From contig NC_043003.1 of NCBI RefSeq assembly GCF_006345805.1, forward strand, positions 5,580,001-5,644,000: a DNA stretch of 64,000 nt, given 5' to 3'. Position 1 is the first letter of the stretch. Each line of letters begins with the position of its first letter. Both the position numbers and the translations under genes were made by a program. Shown here one piece after another: positions 26,585 to 39,970 of the stretch. The notes under the pieces are model-generated. The model had not been told where the DNA came from, ran no database searches, and saw nothing but the letters and a program-made list of their open reading frames with translations. The DNA is from Octopus sinensis. Taxonomy: Eukaryota.

Positions 26585-26775
26585 CAAGTTTTGGCACAAG
26601 GCCAGCAACTTCGGGAAAGGGAGCAGATTGATTACATCGACCCCAGTGCTCAACTGGTACTTATTTTATCGACCTTATTCGAAAGGATGAATGGAAAAAG
26701 TTGACCTCGGTGGAATTTGAACTCCACTCGCCAACTGACCCAGCGTGCTGTAGATTCGGCCTGTTCACCGCCTCA
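26585..26775 (-). mobile_element. SINE family A (degraded)
   Basis: gattacatcgaccccagtgctcaactggtac...ttgacctcggtggaatttgaactc. Confidence 0.65.
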
Positions 26776-27045
26776 TTCTCAGGAATATATCAAACATCAT
26801 TAACAGAAATAAATGAAATATGTTGTTCGTGGTATATAAAAACGACAATATCTGGAGTGTTTCAATAATCATGACTGACAGACGTATTCAGGACCCGAAA
26901 GGTTGAGATAGTGGGGAAATCTGTTTGAGGTTTAAGCGTTTTACATTGAAATCACTTCACATTTTGTCAAAATATTCAGGTTTCACACCTGATTATCTCA
27001 TGAATAGGACAGTTAATTTTATCTTTAATATACATAGATGTGTGT

Positions 27046-27095
<50 letters not shown>

Positions 27096-28825
27096 TGTGT
27101 GTGTGTGTGGTTGTATGAGCGCGTGTGTGCGTGCGTAATTGTGTGTCTGTCTGTCTGTGTGTGTGTGTGTGTATGTGTGTGTGTGTGTGTGTGTGGTGTG
27201 TGTGTGTGTGTGTGTGTGCGCGTGCTGGTGTATTTGTCTCTATGTGTAATAGAAATACGAAGAGAGTGACAGAAAACAATATTAACAACAATATAAATTT
27301 CGTATAAATACCATAAATGCAATTATTTATGAAATAAATACATTTTTTCGATCGCCAACAGTAAAAAGAAAGACGTATGAAATAATAAAATAAAACTAAT
27401 TGTTTGCGTGAATATACCAAGCATTTTAATTGAAATTAAAGCGATTTTTTTAAAGAGAACTTCAAGTCAAGACATGTCACTCTGATACATCTATACTAAC
27501 CTGTGGACACCAATGTCACTAGAAAAATATAAAAGAAAAAGGACATCTGTAGACCATTGAAAGGGAGTTTGCAAATCCAGTACCCAAACTACACTTTCAG
27601 CCTCAAACCTATTCTTATTAGAGAAACAGGATACACGCCAACCCATCAACTCCGACACATGAGCACTGTGTGGCTCTCAGGTTTACTCGCTTACCATCCG
27701 ACCATGCAACCCAATATCCTTATCGGCAACCCGTCCTCCCCAGAATGTTAGGCCTTGTGCCTATAGTAGAAAGGATCATCATCATCATAATCGTTATTTC
27801 ATATCTTATTGTAATTAGTTTAAATATATTCATTTTGTTGTTTTGATTCTTTTCTATTGATGTCGTTATTAATATATTAATGTTCATGTTAGAGTTTTGG
27901 TTAATATTACTTTTGTTATTGATGTCATTTCTATTATTATCATTACTGCTAGACTCATTATCGTATTAGTAAATTTTATACCGATGCCGAAACATCATAA
28001 ACTGTAGCAGCAGCAGCAGCAGCAGCAGCAGTAATAGTAGTATTTTGTCTGTTGTTTGTTTCTTGTAAGAATAATTCGGTACGAACATTTTCCGTCTATC
28101 GTCAGGAATTTGTTGCAAGGAAGCATTCTGTAAAGTGTATGAGACAGCACAATTTACCATTAACAAATGACAGGAAATCATAGACATGCAATAGAGTTGC
28201 CAGGGAAATTAACCAGCTTCCATTGTTCCTGGAGTTTATTTACACCGCAAAGAGCGCTTACCAAAAACAACAACAAGAGCAATAGGCAAAATGTGAACTC
28301 TATGTAGTCGTACTTCCTGCTAAACGAATAGCCATACATACACTGTAAACCACAGCGTAGAGTGTTGCGAAAGGCCGTACTAGTAGATAATGGAGTCCAG
28401 TATACACATCAACCAAACATTCGATGGTTTTAACAGTACAATAATGATTCCTAACGCAAACTATAGTTTAATATCAAAAACATTTGTTAATCCTGTTTAA
28501 ACCTTCTCGGTATCAGATAAACTGAAATATCTTTGTGGATTATATGAAGAGATTTACACTACGCTTTCTAACAACACTGTTGCCGAAATGTAAAGGAAAT
28601 CCGACTAAGGATATCAACAACGAGGTACAAAGGATTAGAATATTTCGATAAGCAGGATATGTATTAGCCTTATCTCCCATCAGGTCGACTTTATTAATCT
28701 AAAATGTAGATTAATGAAACACATGAAGACCGAGATCAGACTCATTAGTAAACATATTTTTTTTAAATCAGTAATTGACAGAATTAGACACGTGAGCAAG
28801 CTACGTCAATGAAATAATAGCAAAA

Positions 28826-29058
28826 AAGGCGGTGAGCTGGCAGAAACGTTAGCACGTCGTGCGAAATGCGTAGCTGTATTTTGTCTACCGTTACTTTGTG
28901 AGTTCAAATTCCGCCGAGATCGACTTTGCCTTTCACGCTTTCGGGGTCGATAAATTAAGTACCAGTTACGCACTGGGGTCGATGTAATCGACTTAAACCG
29001 TGTGTCTGTCCTTGTTTGTCCCCTCCGTGTTTAGCCCCTTGTGGGTAGTAAAGAAATA
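28826..29058 (+). mobile_element. SINE family A, full length with perfect 15-bp TSD
   Basis: Head ggcggtgagctggcagaaac, B-box gagttcaaattcc; TSD gaaataatagcaaaa at 28811-28825 and 29059-29073. Confidence 0.9.
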
Positions 29059-29884
29059 GAAATAATAGCAAAACCGCAACTAACTGGTTTAATAAATTAG
29101 TAATTTAAAAAATGGTATATGAAGTCAATTTGACATTGTTGATTCTTATCATTGTTCGATAAAACACTAAGCATTACGTCACACAACATCTTTAATAACA
29201 ACTTCACAGAGACATGTCGTTAATACTTGAAAATCTTTACTTGTCGATAAAAACTCTACTAGGGTTTTAAAAATATACGGGTTTTATCGGAACGTTTAAT
29301 GATAATATAGGATCTTTTGATAACGCAGTGACCTGAGATTATAACGGCCGGTATAGCTTTAATATTGTAAAGAATATGTTTATAATTATAGAAGTAAGTC
29401 TGTATTGAGATTAAATGTTACAGCTATCACAACACATCAGAGACAAGTCTCTCAACTTTATAGCTATGGGTGTGTTTGAAGTCAATTCTAGACTTAATAT
29501 ATCTATAAGCATAACTATAAACACTTTTAATGTATTAGATTTTACATTCAGCTTGAGCAGGAATTCGACGGACAGTCTGCTACACATGTTTACAACGATG
29601 TACTCTCCAATAAAACAGCCGGGGTTACGACGGAGTGGGTCCCGAATAAAGTCCTTCACTCAACGACAGCAACGGTTGCTCTGCCTTATGGCATTCTACT
29701 TAAATTTTACTAAGTCTTTAGTGGAAATGTGTCTTTGGGAGAAGACCAGCCCGAGGTGTTTCTCAGAGAGACTGAACTGGAAGGTACACAGACATAACTA
29801 CACCCATAGAGTACGCAACAGCCATGAGACTTAAAACTATGCTCCAGTATTTATCCACAATTATTACATAATAAAAATACGTAT

Positions 29885-30990
29885 TTGCTCTCAATACATA
29901 GTGTTGAGTGTACTTTTATTGGGCAACTGTACTCTTCAGCAAAGGCATCCGGAGTTGGTGATACGATAGGAACGATGATGCGTGCTTGTGTTGGAAAGGT
30001 AGGGGAATGAGCCAGGTTGGGAGCTGAGCTTAGGGAAGAAACTGTGGGTCAGGAGGTCACGCAGTTTGTGGGCTCATTTGAAGGAGGGAAAAAGTAGGTT
30101 GGGGAAGATGTGCAAGGTGGAGGGGTGGGACTGGAGTTGCCGGAAAGCTCGTAGTATGGTGCGTCGAAGGACTATGATGGAGGGGTGGTAAGTGAGGGGA
30201 AACGGGAGACGGGCAACGACGGGGCGGGCCCGGGGAGAGAAAGCACTCGCAAGGGCTGTGTGAATAGTGGTGAGGGGATATCCACAAAGGATGAAGTGGT
30301 GAGCCATGAGCTGAGACAGAATCTCAGTCATGGTTGTCAGTGTAGAGCCTGAGAAGACGGAGGAATTGTGAGTAGGGATGGAGAGCTTGGTGTAGGTAGG
30401 GTGGGAGGAGGAGAAGTTAAGGTATGAGTGTGAGTTAGTGTGTTACTATCGGATCGAGGTAGTGAGAGAGGAATAGTGTATGTTGACTGAGATGTCGAGA
30501 AATGCGACAGAAGTGTTGGAAATGGTGCAAGAGGACTCGAGGCCAGGATGGAAAGATTGGACGAAAGAGAGGAAGGAATCTAGATGTTCGCGGGAGAGTG
30601 ATTTCGCACTGATATTGTCTTCAATATAACAAACATATAGTTGTGGAGTGAGACCAGTGAATCGTAAGAATATTTCGGCTTCAACGTCGCCAACGAGCAG
30701 GTTCGCATACTTGGGGTTCATTCTCGTTCTCTTGACCACTCCCGAGAACTGTTGGTAAAAATCCCCCGCGAACGAGAAGCAGTTGGGAGAAAGAAGAATT
30801 TCGGCCAGACGAAGAAGTGTGGAGGTGTTAGGTTGGGGGTAGGGCTGGAGATCTAGGAAGTGTTTGAATGCAAGAATTCCTTCGTTGTATGAGGTCACCG
30901 TATATAGACTCTTGATAGCAAGAGTGAAGAGAAGTTTAGAGGAGCGAGGAGGGAAGGAGAAAGAGTTGAAGAGACGGAGAGCATGGTTAC
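29885..30990 (-). mobile_element. Penelope-like element fragment (reverse transcriptase, thumb, start of GIY-YIG linker), decayed
   Basis: ORF 30446-31054: LLFTLAIKSLYTV, TLLRLAEILL..NCFSF..FYQQ.SGV...TRM.P.YANL, YVCYIEDN (for RYIDD), FHPGLE...IS..SV.FLDISV. Downstream frames give GYP, PPLH and QPGSFPYLSNT. Confidence 0.85.
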
Positions 30991-31599
30991 ATACACACTC
31001 ACACACATATGTCTGCCTCTCTGTGTGTGCATTACTTGAAGCTAAGTTACTCACACATTGCTACACGAAGTTTTGCTGTTCCATTTCGTGAACACAATTA
31101 CATTAAACGGAAACATGAAACATTAAGCAACATTTTTACGGACGATTCACGTATGTATGTATGTATGTATGTATGTATGTTTGTATGTATGTATGCAATC
31201 GTGTATGTATTTAGGCTTGTATGCTTTTCTTCTAAAAATCTCGGCCACAAACTTTTATATACAAAACATCCATAAAGCAAGTTCATCTTTTGGCTAAGAG
31301 AGAATGGAACCTATTTCTAATATGGATCTTATTCTTGTAACATTTACAAAAAATAAATTAATAATCACCGTCTCGTTTTGAATTATAGCTCTATTGACAT
31401 TTTTGAATATCTGACCATTTTCATAATAACATTCCATTTTAAATGAACCTTGCTTTTCAAAAGAAATTAGTTTGTTACAGAAACGAGTGGGTTTTTTTTT
31501 TAATATTTGTTGTTTAGTTTTTATTTAAAAGAAGCCAATGAGAGATAAAAGACATTTTATAATTTCCTTAATGACGGTCTTTAGCGCCTAATTGTAATT

Positions 31600-31962
31600 T
31601 CATATTAAAAAGAAGATTGAAAATAAAACTCGATGGTGCTGTATGATACATAGTCGTAGCCAGGATAATATGATCAACAACAACAACAACAACAACAAAG
31701 TAACTGCTACAGCAATAAGAACAACAACAACTAAGAACAACAATATCAAGAACAGGAACAACAGTAACAATAATAATAATAATAATAAGAGGAACAAGAA
31801 GAAGAAAAACAACAACAACAATAATAAATAATAATAATAATAGTAATAATAATAATGCGTTCTTTATTAAACACAAGCGTTGACAATAAAAACAAAAACA
31901 ATTATAGTAGTAGTAGCAGCAGCGACAGTAGCAGCAGTAGTAATAGTAGTAGCAGAAGTAGA

Positions 31963-32016
<54 letters not shown>

Positions 32017-32034
32017 GGTGGTGGTGGTGGTGGT

Positions 32035-32068
<34 letters not shown>

Positions 32069-32495
32069 CAGTAGTAGTAGTAGTAGTAGTAATAAATTAG
32101 AAATAATTAAGACGAAGGGAAGAAACAGTCTTTGATGGGAAACGAATATTCTTTTAATAATACCCGAAAACAACAATAAATTTTTTTTTAAAATATTGTT
32201 AATCAGGAAGCGGTGCAAGAACAACAACAACAACAACAATAAGAACGCCAACTCCTTCCACAACCTTCTGCTTCTTCATCGCTGACAGCAACAAATGCAA
32301 GAGGCGGCATTAACGTCAACAACTACAACAACAACAACAACAACAATAAGAGCGAGAACGAACTCCCACAACAACAACAACAACAACAACGGCAACAGTT
32401 ACGATGAACAACATTGAACTTGGAGAACAAGAATTACAACAACAATAAAAAGAATCACAGCGGGGAAACAGTTCAACAATATCAATACAAATACA

Positions 32496-32529
<34 letters not shown>

Positions 32530-32530
32530 T
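31600..32530. repeat. Compound trinucleotide tract (AAC/AAT/AGT/GGT)
   Basis: Direct inspection; explains the poly-L/H/Y/N/S ORFs. Confidence 0.9.
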
Positions 32531-33729
32531 AAATTGCTATTGAAGAATCGAACTGGTATTGAGAATTACTGTCAATTAGTTGTAGCCTCGCTACTGCTAC
32601 CGTTCATCTATTGACTTAAAATGAAATTTCCAAAAGAGTTTAATGAATGAATGATTTTCAATATTAATTTTCTTCTAAAATATTACTCTTTTATTATTAT
32701 TATTATTATTATTGTTATTGTTATATTTAAGCACATTTTGTTCGGAAATGGAATGAATTTATTTGAACTCAAACAGCACAGGATGCAATCAATTGCAACG
32801 TCAGGAGTCGTACGATGAAATATGTGTCATGACATGGATGTCTTAATGAAAATGTCTTTCTACTCCTGCCTTGAGTCCTACATTTGAACTGACCTTCTCT
32901 GCTCCCTATATAGTATAAACTAGACAAATAACAGTTCCATTTCTTCGCTGCTCTTAGAAGAGACGGTTTAAATGAACTACTGACCTAAAATACTGACTAG
33001 AAATAAAGACTGATACTTGTTAATTTTTTGTAACATAATTTTTGAAAGTATTGTAAAAGTTCGTATCAAGATTAATTAAATACTTCTGTGCCAGTACATT
33101 TTGAAAACGAGTCCTTCCTTGATACGTCGCCCCACGTAGAGAGAAAATCTCCTGCAGTAACTGGAATGTCTTAATTATTTCTCTATATTAGCATGCTTTC
33201 ATCTGAGCGTTGAACTACGTATATTTTCACACTTCATGCATCCTTTTACTTCCGGAATAGGGTCTTTTAACGAATTATTCATTATAACTGATGTTCGAAA
33301 TATATACTGATACGGCTTTCTATCAAAGAGTTCATGGAATGTCGAATACTTTAATTACTGTGCAGAATGAATCTTTCGTAAACTTAAATCATTGTCAAGG
33401 GATATTTTCTGATGTCAAATCAAAACAACCTACGCCTGTCTGACTTTCCTCTTCTTAGTTTTGTCCATTTGTCATCATGTTCGAGTGACTCATGATCATG
33501 ACGTTCTATTCATGACCACTCGGTTTATTTTTAACACAGTTCCAGCAAAAAACTACTATTTCAACTATGAAGTTAAAATATCGGATGAGAGTTGGATGTT
33601 ATTAGCTGCTATTTCTAGAATGTCGTGGACCACATCGGCCTAACATTGTCGTTTCAACTCATGGATTGACCTTGGATCAAATACTCAACACCTTAAATGT
33701 CCAAGTCATCTATCTTTAAAATAATTACC

Positions 33730-33950
33730 GAGTAAGTCAAGGAATTAGCTCGTATGTGGTCACTCGATCAGTTGGAAGTAACTGAAAAATCTCCCTCAAA
33801 TAGTACGATATTGTCTTTAAAATAGGAAGGTCGTATTGAGTAATATAATCCTAAGAGCCTTCAAAATCGAATGGTTAGTGATGGGAAAATGTTTGATCAT
33901 AGGCCTGTTCGATTAGTGTTAAAATAGGGTATACACCACCATCACCGAAG
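33730..33950 (+). mobile_element. Degraded interspersed repeat (family D, SINE-like)
   Basis: ggtcactcga...aaatctccctcaaat...tttgatcataggcctgttcg; related fragments at about 8195-8390, 10590-10665, 24800-24850 and 35390-35440. Confidence 0.45.
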
Positions 33951-34587
33951 ACGACGACGACAATATAACCATTATGCTTATATTGCTGGGTGTACAAATT
34001 CCTTATTTTTATGGATCGGTCAGGTAATTATATGCTGACACATTGAAACGCAATTCTTTTCGATACAATGACAAGTTGAATTCTTCGATGTGACTGAATC
34101 ATAGACAAATAATTTCATTGAGTTTAGCACAACCAATTCTATAACCAGATTGGAATTCTAAAATGCAAGAACACAAAACAAAAATGATGCAATAAAATGA
34201 TGATTCGATATCAAAAGGAGAGAAAATAAATATAATTCTTGTCTCCCCATTGTGAAGGAACTACACAGGTTGTTCGTTCTTATATTGTGTATCAGGGTTC
34301 TTCTGTATGACGAGCGGAAAAGAGGGGAAAAAAAAAGAAAAATGGATTTATTTTTGTTACGTTCTTTTACTGACATCAGTCATTGGATTGTCATCATGAC
34401 GATGCTCAATCTTCAAAGGTTTCCAATCCATTATATTGATCTTAGTATTATGTCACGTACTCATTCGATCTATTTCGATTGATCGAATCTCCAACGTCAC
34501 CAAACGTGCTTGATTTTGCAGAGTTATCTTCCTTTCTCGCTCTGATCTGCCATATGGTATTATCACTAATTTCTTTCTATCTATATA

Positions 34588-34639
<52 letters not shown>

Positions 34640-34852
34640 AACTCGTACATACAATCTATCTACATCGATCTTTTCGTAAATGTATGTGTTTTGTGTTGAG
34701 TTTACATTTAAAGGGCCATTTTAAAGAAGTTCTCATGAAATGTATTTTGCACTCAATACCAGAAATAAGTTATTACAGATTTCTATCAGTTAAATAGTAT
34801 TCACACAGAATCCTGCTACCAGCGAGAAACAAAATACTGGACACGAAAATAG

Positions 34853-35065
34853 AACCGGATTCTCATCAAACAACTAGAAGTAAGAATAGCGGAGACGACT
34901 GTAAAGCCGACATCTAATTCCCCAAAGGAACCGAGAATGCTAGAGACGAGAGTAGAACCAGTTTTTCGCTGTAAATCTTCGTGTTCAATTACAGAAACAA
35001 CCATTTTGTTAATCGCTATTTCTATTCTATTATTGTTAATTTGGTTTAAATCATGGTGTCTCTGA
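34853..35065 (+). CDS. Candidate terminal coding exon ending in a hydrophobic (TM or GPI-like) tail
   Basis: 70-codon open frame NRILIKQLEVRIAETTVKPTSNSPKEPRMLETRVEPVFRCKSSCSITETTILLIAISILLLLIWFKSWCL* in a repeat-poor stretch. No homology recognised, acceptor uncertain, and the opposite strand is also open (34816-35100). Confidence 0.25.
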   Translation, partial: NRILIKQLEVRIAETTVKPTSNSPKEPRMLETRVEPVFRCKSSCSITETTILLIAISILLLLIWFKSWCL

Positions 35066-35645
35066 GTGACCACATCTATCATCGAAGCCATTCCAAACAT
35101 GACTAATACGTTGATCTAAAGTAACTTTATCCATCTGCAAGTCCAAAGCATGTTACGTGAGAAGAAACAGCCCCCCCCCCCCGTCGAAACGATTCTTCGT
35201 GTCTGCCCTTTCGACCAACTGTCTCTTAGATCACCATTACTGGTTCCTCTGACCCGACTAAATCTCACGATATATTTTCCAAAGTACCCTTCTATTTTTG
35301 TAAGAGAAGAGAAGGTGACACGGAACAGATAAGAATGGTTGTTATTGTTGTTGTTGCCGTAGTTGCTTAGTCGCAAGTGAATCTTAATTTATCAAACCTA
35401 TGATTAAAGGCATTCTAACCATGACTATTCCTCTTTCTATGACAAAATACCCAGAACTATTCAGTCCTAGGTCTCCGTCATGTATCAAGAATGTGCTGTG
35501 TGATTTGGAAAAGAAATGGTCGCAGGTTTTAACATATCGAGTCACCAGATAGAAGTTGCAACCTACTTACCACACAGCCACATTCCTGCGCCTTTGAGCA
35601 TATATTTAAGTCGCTATGCTATTAAAGTCTGCTGCTCTTAACGGA

Positions 35646-35714
<69 letters not shown>

Positions 35715-35865
35715 CATGATTCATTGCAGTTAGGCATCCAAATTCACTTGGAGCATCCAATGCTGAATTCCGAATAAAGGCGAATGAAACGTTCAAAGGA
35801 ACTAAATACTTATATTTAGCGTTTATCGTTATTTTCCAATACTATATGTTATGATATATATATAT

Positions 35866-36060
35866 AAAGTTAATCCAAACATGAAAACACAAAGAGAAAA
35901 CACGACAACGCGAGGACGTGGAACAAGTATAGTATTATTTGACGCTCAGGAAAGAAGGAAAGAAGGAAAATATAACGTTTCGAGCAGAGCTCTTCGTCAG
36001 AAACATAAGAAAGGGAAAGATCCAAGGAAGGGAAGACGGAGGAAAAAATCGCCAATCGTA
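35866..36060 (-). mobile_element. Hammerhead-bearing element H2 (copy a), flanked by (TA)n
   Basis: Homologous to 47290-47478 over about 190 bp. Confidence 0.7.
35971..36005 (-). ncRNA. Minimal hammerhead motif with intact core (H2a)
   Basis: TGTTT-CTGACGA-A-GAGC-TCT-GCTC-GAAA-CGT-T-ATA. All core nucleotides present and palindromic AACGTT stem III, but stem I is poor in this copy. Confidence 0.55.
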
Positions 36061-36556
36061 TATATATATATACACGCTTTATCTATCTTGAATCATATGA
36101 AAGCGATGAATATTGGATGCTTATTTTGTGTACAATTCAGTGCTTTGGGAGTTGCAGGAAAATTCGCAGTTTTGGCATACGTGATTACTGCAAACTGAAA
36201 CTCAATTCAAAGAAGAATAATTCACCCTAGACTAAATTTCGAAGTCACAATCAACAATTTATACACAGAGAGAATAAAAGAAGTTCTTTCTGGTCTTTGC
36301 AACTTAATAACTGCCCCTTTTATGTAATCCCAGTCGCTCAATCTTCATATTTTGAACCCGATTCACAAAGTATGTGTCGTTGGCCATAAATGCTGTCCCT
36401 TTTAGCAAATATTAAGTGTTTGTGTAAGGGAGAGAGAAAGAGATGGTAAGGGGAAAGAGAAAAGGGGAGAGATACAGTGACAAGAAGGAGTTCATGCATA
36501 AGTGTGCTTGCGCGTTAGACAGGCAGCGTGTATGTGCATTTAAGTTTATAAGTTAT

Positions 36557-36610
<54 letters not shown>

Positions 36611-36769
36611 GAAATACAAAACTATATATGTATGTGTGTTTTCATGCGTGTGTTATATTTGTGTTTGTTGTCTCTTGTGGGGTGGGGGTTGCTTGTTGTT
36701 GTGTGTATGTATGTGTATATAATTGAATTTCTTCATTTCTCCTATATTCTTATTTTCTACTACACTCAC

Positions 36770-36800
<31 letters not shown>

Positions 36801-37845
36801 GACGCAAACACAGCGCCATTGCCATTATTCAACACGCCGTCCTTTTCTGTTTGACTCGGAAGCTCTGTATATAGCTAGAGGTTATGAAAATATAAATTTT
36901 GTGTCACTCAAATCCGCTAGACATATTGGCGCTTAGTTCAGTAATGGAACAGTCGAATGATTCCGAAGATCTCTGTGAATTAGAATATAATTCTTTGACA
37001 TACTTGAATAGAATTCAAAAATGGCATCTAGGAAGTATTTATTCTTTATTAAATCCGATTTCGAGTGATTTGTTTTGGGTTTATTTTTTCTTCTTCAGTA
37101 TAACAAAATGAAAACAAAATCCCTTTAAAAATCTTCTAATTTAATTCATTGGACAACTGTTGTTTAATAGTTTAGAACCGAAAAGCTATATGAATGTTCG
37201 ATACATCCGGGTTCATTTACTTGTTGTAAAGAGGGAGAGAAATAGCGGATATAAGTAGGTAATTTGTATTTTTATTTATTTCTAAATTACTCTATAAGCT
37301 GGCAAAAAATATTTTAGTTTGTATTATCAATATTAAATCTAAATTAGATAAGTATAGGCAAATTCAACTACTTAGAGACGTACTTGTATTTAAATTCATT
37401 TTATTATTCTAATTAGCCGTTTTCCACTTAAATGTTGGGTGAGAAAGGTTACTGGAGCATAATGAGGTAAAAATGTCTCTGTTTTAATTGATTACGCTCA
37501 ATACATTTACATGAAGTAAAGATTTAGTAATCGTTACACAATGGCAGAACGGAGAGAAAGAGGAAAAAGAGAAAAGGAGAAAGTAAAAGAGTAGCGGTAA
37601 TGCTTAACTAACTAAAAGATACACAACTAATCAATGTTATTGATCCACCAACATTTTTGTATATTTTAATAATGTATTGGTCTTGTTTTTAATATTGCTT
37701 AGCCAGAAGAGGAACATCAGCGCCGGTGACCTTTTTGTTGGCTTTTTCGAGATCGAGAGATTGGGGCTGGGAGGGGAAGCAGGTTTTCTGGTGGAATCAT
37801 TTAAAAGAGCTGTACAAAAAGGGATCGAGATGTTCTCAAACAGAA

Positions 37846-37906
<61 letters not shown>

Positions 37907-38016
37907 TCATATATATATACATATATACATGTATACATGCATGTACATATGTATATATGCATATATATATATATTTGTGTGTGTGTGTACATATATATAT
38001 GCACACACACACACAT

Positions 38017-38054
<38 letters not shown>

Positions 38055-38070
38055 TTATTTATTTATTTAT

Positions 38071-38286
38071 TGATAGAAAGGGCAAGACAGCAAAAGATTG
38101 AAAGAGACCTCGATATTATGTAAATAGAGGAATTTATCTGTAAATATACTATATGACAATTCTTCGGTAGCCATGATAAAACTCCGAGTGGCCCGATAAC
38201 TGAAGAGATGCCGGTGTGGGTTCCAGCCGCGACATCCGAAACTCAGAGTTTTATCATGGTTACCGAAAAATTGTCACATTATTATA
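38071..38286 (+). mobile_element. Hammerhead-bearing inverted-repeat element H3 (copy a)
   Basis: Shares aaagagacctc(g/a)atattatgtaaatagagga with 40874-41131. Inverted arms at 38151-38189 and 38241-38279 (35/39 match). Confidence 0.7.
38195..38255 (+). ncRNA. Type I hammerhead motif (H3a), best-formed copy in the window
   Basis: GATAA-CTGAAGA-GATG-(ccggtgtgggttccagccgcga)-CATC-C-GAAA-CTCAGAGT-T-TTATC. Perfect 5-bp stem I, intact core, stem III ACTC/GAGT, GUU site (cut predicted after 38250). One extra C before GAAA. Confidence 0.6.
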
Positions 38287-38319
38287 TTTACACACACACA
38301 CACACATACAGACGGACAG

Positions 38320-38339
38320 ATAGATAGATAGACAGGTAA

Positions 38340-38388
<49 letters not shown>

Positions 38389-38610
38389 CAGATTGATAGA
38401 GAGATACTCAGGTAGGTAGGTAGGTAGGTAGGTAGGTAGGTAGGTAGGTAAGTAGGTAGATAGATAGGTAGGTAGGTACGTAGGTAGGTAAGTAGGTAGA
38501 TAGATAGATAGGTAGGTAGGTAGGTAGGTAGGTAGGTAGGTAGGTAAGTAGGTAGGTAAGTAGGTAGGTAGGTAGGTAGGTAGGTAGGTAGATAGACAGA
38601 TAGATAGATA
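38320..38610. repeat. (TAGA)n/(TAGG)n tetranucleotide tract
   Basis: Direct inspection; source of the PTYL-repeat ORFs. Confidence 0.95.
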
Positions 38611-39127
38611 CATACATATATACATAAACACACGTTTAGAGACAAGTAAATGGAGAGACAGGTAGACACACACACACACATACGTATATATACTTACATA
38701 CATATATATGCATGTATGTGTATACATGCACACACGTATGTACATGTATGCACGGATAGGGAAACAGACTTTGCAAATAGCTACGAATGTGTAACTTAAC
38801 ATATAATTATATTTGTAAGCGTATGTTACAATAAATATGATATCTCAACAGGCCAACCATCAACGTTAAATTGTGGAATATAGGGTTATGGTGCTGACAG
38901 ATATCAATCTAAGACGAGTCACACCAATGTTGTATGGAGAGTAGTGCAAGAGAAATTGTCGCTTCATTTGTGAGCTCATGTGTAACAATATATGACTTGA
39001 AAATATTATCGTGTTGACTGGTGACACTAATAAGATTAGTGTCGGGCGATCTTGTATAGTAATGACGGAGAGATAAGTCGTATAAAGAGTACCTCTCACA
39101 TCCTCATACACACACACACACACACAC

Positions 39128-39214
<87 letters not shown>

Positions 39215-39218
<4 letters not shown>

Positions 39219-39900
39219 ATGTGAGAAATATATATGTATGTATACACACACGCACACATACACATGTCCGCATACAGAAGTGTATGCCACATACACATTT
39301 ACAAATAATCGCTCAAACACAATCGCATACTAATACACACACAACAAGAACACGCACACATGCATATTAACTGACACACACATGCTGAGAAAGTAAAGGT
39401 AGACGAAACAGATATAATTTAGAATATTTATTTAATAATCATTACATACACGGTGATGGCAAAATATACTCCATAAAAGTTATATATATATAAAATTTTC
39501 TTAATATATAGACACATACATATGCGTTTGCGGGTGTGTATGTTTACTTTTATAACGCAATTAAATAAGATTAAAGTCAATTTAGGGTCACTCAGTACAT
39601 TTGATGGAATGCGAACTTGTTATTCTTTGACAAGAATAGTATTGAGAGCGATTTCGAAGTTTAGACCAACGAATCAATAACCGGACTATATACTCATATA
39701 TATATATTCTTTTATTGTTTCAGTTATTTGACTGAGGCCATGCTGGAGCACCACCTTTAGTCGAAGAAATCGACGCCAGCACATATTCTTTGTTGGCCTA
39801 GTACTTATTCTATCGGTCTCTTTTTCCCAACTGCTAAGATGCAGGGACGTGTACACACCGACCTCGGTTGTGAAGCGATGGTGAGTGACAAACACACACA

Positions 39901-39970
<70 letters not shown>

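Noticed and set aside
29400-29560. Plus frame LNISISITINTFNVLDFTFSL resembling PLE RT (ITIE.N...NFLD.TF.L)
   Set aside because: Single weak motif and no clear catalytic DD upstream; left uncalled.
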